Shown: piece after piece, positions 61,646 to 64,000 of the stretch
Layout of the letters: the number at the start of each line of letters is the position of its first letter
Position numbering within the stretch: position 1 is the first letter of the stretch
From: Clostridia bacterium
Lineage (GTDB): Bacteria; Bacillota; Clostridia; UBA1381; UMGS1253
Direction of reading: 5' to 3'
Length of the DNA: 64,000 nt
Assembly (NCBI GenBank): GCA_045652745.1
Contig: JAZRUW010000012.1
Location: 2,089-66,088 of the forward strand
Made by a program: the position numbers and the translations under genes
Notes under the pieces: generated by a model
Told to the model about the DNA's origin: nothing
The model's database searches: none
What the model saw: the letters and a program-made list of their open reading frames with translations, nothing else

Positions 61646-63397
61646 ATGAAAAAATCCACATGGAAGATGTTTTTAAAGTTTATACCGTATTATAAGCCGT
61701 ATCTGGGCATTGTCGGGGTAGATTTGCTGTGTGCGGCGCTGACAACGGTTTGCGAACTGGTATTTCCGATGCTGGTGCGCTATATCACCGACCTTGCACA
61801 AAACAATCCCGAGGCGCTCGTTTTAAGTTCCGTGCTTCGGTTGGGTGCGCTCTATCTGTTTTTGCGTCTGGTGGATACGGCGGCCAATTACTATATGGCT
61901 TACGTTGGACACGTGATGGGCACAAAACTGGAAACGGATATGCGCCGGGACATTTTTGCGCATTTGCAGACGCTTTCGTATAACTTTTTTGACAACACCA
62001 AGGTCGGACAGATTATGACGCGCGTGACGACGGATTTGTTTGATATTACGGAGTTTTCGCACCATTTTCCGGAGGAAATGTTTATTGCCGGCATCAAAAT
62101 GATTGGTGCGTTTATCATTTTAAGCGGCATCAATTTGTGGCTGACACTGCTCATTTTCCTTGTTTTGCCGCTTATGCTGGTTTCGGTGGCACTTTTCCGC
62201 AAGGGTATGAAAAATGCATTTAAAGAGCAGCGCGTACAGGTCGGCGAGCTTAATGCCGATTTGGAAGACAGCCTTTTAGGTGTGCGCGTGGTCAAAAGCT
62301 TTGCCAATGAGGAAAGAGAGAAGGAAAAGTTTAACCGCGGAAATCAGCGCTTTTTTAAAGCCAAGAAAAAGGCGTATGTGTATATGGCGCGCTTCCAGGC
62401 AGCCAACCGCTTCTTTGACGGTTTGATGTATGTAGTCGGCATCGTGCTCGGCTCGGTATTTATGATTTACGGCTACATTCAGCCGGCGGATTTGATTGCC
62501 TATATTTTGTATATCCAGACGCTGATTGCGTCCATTCGTAAGATTGTGGAGTTTACCGAGCAGTTCCAGCGCGGTATGACGGGCATTGAGCGTTTTACGG
62601 AGATTATGGATGAAATTCCGGACATCCGAGATTGTGAAGATCCGATAGAGCTTGGCGATGTGCGCGGCGAAATCGAATTCAAGGATGTATGCTTTAAATA
62701 TAACGACAGCGCAGATGATGTGCTGACGAATATCAAACTGCACGCAAAGCCGGGCGAAAACATTGCCTTGGTCGGTCCATCGGGCGGCGGCAAGACCACG
62801 CTGTGTAACTTAATCGGGCATTTTTATGAAATTCAGTCGGGCGAAATTCTGCTCGACGGTACGGATATCCGCAAAATTTCATTAAAGAGTCTGCGTGACC
62901 ATATCGGTGTTGTAGCGCAGGATGTGTATATGTTCTGCGGTACGGTGAAGGAAAACATCTGTTACGGCAAGGAAAATGCAACGGAGGAAGAAATTGTTGA
63001 GGCGGCAAAGCTTGCCGGTGCGCATGAATTTATCCTGGGCTTGACCGACGGATATGACACCTACATCGGTGAGCGCGGTATCAAGCTTTCGGGCGGCCAA
63101 AAGCAAAGACTGGCCATTGCGCGTGTGTTTTTGAAAAACCCGCCGATACTGATTTTAGACGAGGCAACGAGTGCGCTCGACAACGAGAGCGAATTGATTG
63201 TGCAGCAATCGCTTGAAAAACTGGCGAAGGGGAGAACAACCTTTACGGTGGCGCACCGTCTGACCACCATCCGCAATGCAGACAAGATTGTTGTGCTCTC
63301 CGACGAGGGCATCGTCGAAGAGGGAACGCATACGGAGCTGATGGACAAAGGTGGCATGTATGCGGGACTTTATAGTATGTATACGAAAATTAAATAA
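61646..63397 (+). CDS. ABC exporter, fused permease/ATPase (MsbA/multidrug type)
   Basis: Six-helix TMD, then an NBD with GPSGGGKTT, LSGGQKQRLAIAR and ILILDEATSALD. Confidence 0.85.
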   Translation: MKKSTWKMFLKFIPYYKPYLGIVGVDLLCAALTTVCELVFPMLVRYITDLAQNNPEALVLSSVLRLGALYLFLRLVDTAANYYMAYVGHVMGTKLETDMRRDIFAHLQTLSYNFFDNTKVGQIMTRVTTDLFDITEFSHHFPEEMFIAGIKMIGAFIILSGINLWLTLLIFLVLPLMLVSVALFRKGMKNAFKEQRVQVGELNADLEDSLLGVRVVKSFANEEREKEKFNRGNQRFFKAKKKAYVYMARFQAANRFFDGLMYVVGIVLGSVFMIYGYIQPADLIAYILYIQTLIASIRKIVEFTEQFQRGMTGIERFTEIMDEIPDIRDCEDPIELGDVRGEIEFKDVCFKYNDSADDVLTNIKLHAKPGENIALVGPSGGGKTTLCNLIGHFYEIQSGEILLDGTDIRKISLKSLRDHIGVVAQDVYMFCGTVKENICYGKENATEEEIVEAAKLAGAHEFILGLTDGYDTYIGERGIKLSGGQKQRLAIARVFLKNPPILILDEATSALDNESELIVQQSLEKLAKGRTTFTVAHRLTTIRNADKIVVLSDEGIVEEGTHTELMDKGGMYAGLYSMYTKIK

Positions 63398-63398
63398 A

Positions 63399-63437
63399 AT
63401 AAGGGTGTGAAAAACTTGGTTTTTCACACCCTTATTT
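63399..63437. terminator. bidirectional terminator between convergent genes
   Basis: ataagggtgtgaaaaac-ttg-gtttttcacacccttat. Confidence 0.75.
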
Positions 63438-63449
63438 ATCTTACTTGTC

Positions 63450-64000
63450 TTACAGATTGTAATACTTATCAAATTCAGCCGGATGCGGAATGGTGGAGAG
63501 CTGACGGCATTCTTCACGCTTGGTTGCGATAAAGTTTTTGAGAAGCTCTTGAGGGAACACCCCGCCTGCGGTGAGGTAGTCGTGGTCTGCTTCGAGCGCA
63601 TCGAGCGCTGCCTCGAGCGAGGTCGGCAGGTGCTTTAACTTGGCCTTTTCCTCGTCGCTTAAGTGGAAGAGGTTCATATCGTACGGACCCCAGCCGTTTT
63701 CGTGCGGGTCGATTTGGTTTTTGATACCGTCAATGCCGGCCATCAAAATTGCCGCATAGCAGAAATACGGGTTGCAGGTTGCGTCCGGATTTCTAAGCTC
63801 GAAGCGGCGAAGCTCCGGAGATTTTGCATATGCCGGAATGCGGATTACGGCACTTCTGTTCGAGGTTGCATAACCCACGGTCACCGGTGCTTCAAAGCCC
63901 GGCACAAGGCGCTTAAAGGAGTTCGTGGACGGGTTGGTGAGGGCACAAAGCGATGCGATGTGCTTTAAAAGTCCGCCCATAAACCAATGCGCTTCCTTGC
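63450..64000 (-). CDS. glnA: glutamine synthetase type I, C-terminal part (5' end outside window)
   Basis: ..FMGGLLKHIASLCALTNPSTNSFKRLVPGFEAPVTVGYATSNRSAVIRIP..ELRNPDATCNPY.. is a canonical GlnA C-terminal domain. The frame is open to the window edge. Confidence 0.85.
   Translation of the reverse strand, partial: KEAHWFMGGLLKHIASLCALTNPSTNSFKRLVPGFEAPVTVGYATSNRSAVIRIPAYAKSPELRRFELRNPDATCNPYFCYAAILMAGIDGIKNQIDPHENGWGPYDMNLFHLSDEEKAKLKHLPTSLEAALDALEADHDYLTAGGVFPQELLKNFIATKREECRQLSTIPHPAEFDKYYNL

Overview
The window looks like a chromosomal segment from a Firmicutes/Clostridia-type anaerobe. Supporting signs are AddAB instead of RecBCD, a T-box leader, SLH and copper-amine-oxidase-like surface domains, AGGAGG-type ribosome-binding sites (RBS), and many TTGACA-17-TATAAT promoters followed by hairpin/T-run terminators. 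Most of it is ordinary housekeeping or accessory metabolism.

Gene content in order:
- AT-rich left edge (1-2000): CapA-like fragment, a GNAT acetyltransferase and small membrane ORFs, followed by two decayed genes (a PHP histidinol-phosphatase and an aldo/keto reductase).
- GHL6-type glycoside-hydrolase-like protein, then TetR followed by PutP, then a DUF4432 epimerase-like protein.
- lplA, a DeoR regulator, and a 2-oxoacid dehydrogenase operon in the unusual order E2-E3-fused E1 alpha/beta.
- A MATE transporter, nagB, an AraC remnant, an orphan ORF, a FeoB-associated Cys-rich peptide, a CYTH-cupin pair and a SulP transporter.
- A MacAB-like ABC exporter (adaptor, ATPase, permease) followed by an SLH protein.
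- A small prophage remnant with an intact terminase module.
- addB and addA, then tRNA-Ser(GGA) with a duplicated 3' end.
- A secreted nuclease, a CBM9-like protein and a CPBP protease.
- A Leu T-box in front of a catalytically degenerate LeuA paralog and a TIM-barrel::acyl-CoA-ligase fusion.
- Two giant paralogous heparinase II/III-like secreted proteins flanking a lipoprotein, a MATE transporter and murA.
- A DagK-like kinase, an MsbA-like ABC exporter and the 3' part of glnA.

Best candidates for something new:
1. The leucine-T-box-controlled operon (43.8-48.0 kb), which contains no canonical leucine-biosynthesis enzyme.
2. A family of roughly 280-310 bp intergenic elements bounded by inverted repeats. 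Two homologous copies sit at 5.1 kb and 42.8 kb, each directly after a stop codon.
3. The att-like duplication at tRNA-Ser.
4. The structured, repeat-bearing addAB leader next to the terminase-only phage remnant.

No CRISPR array, rRNA gene or intact transposase was seen. All calls come from reading the sequence and the ORF translations by eye. No database search was run.
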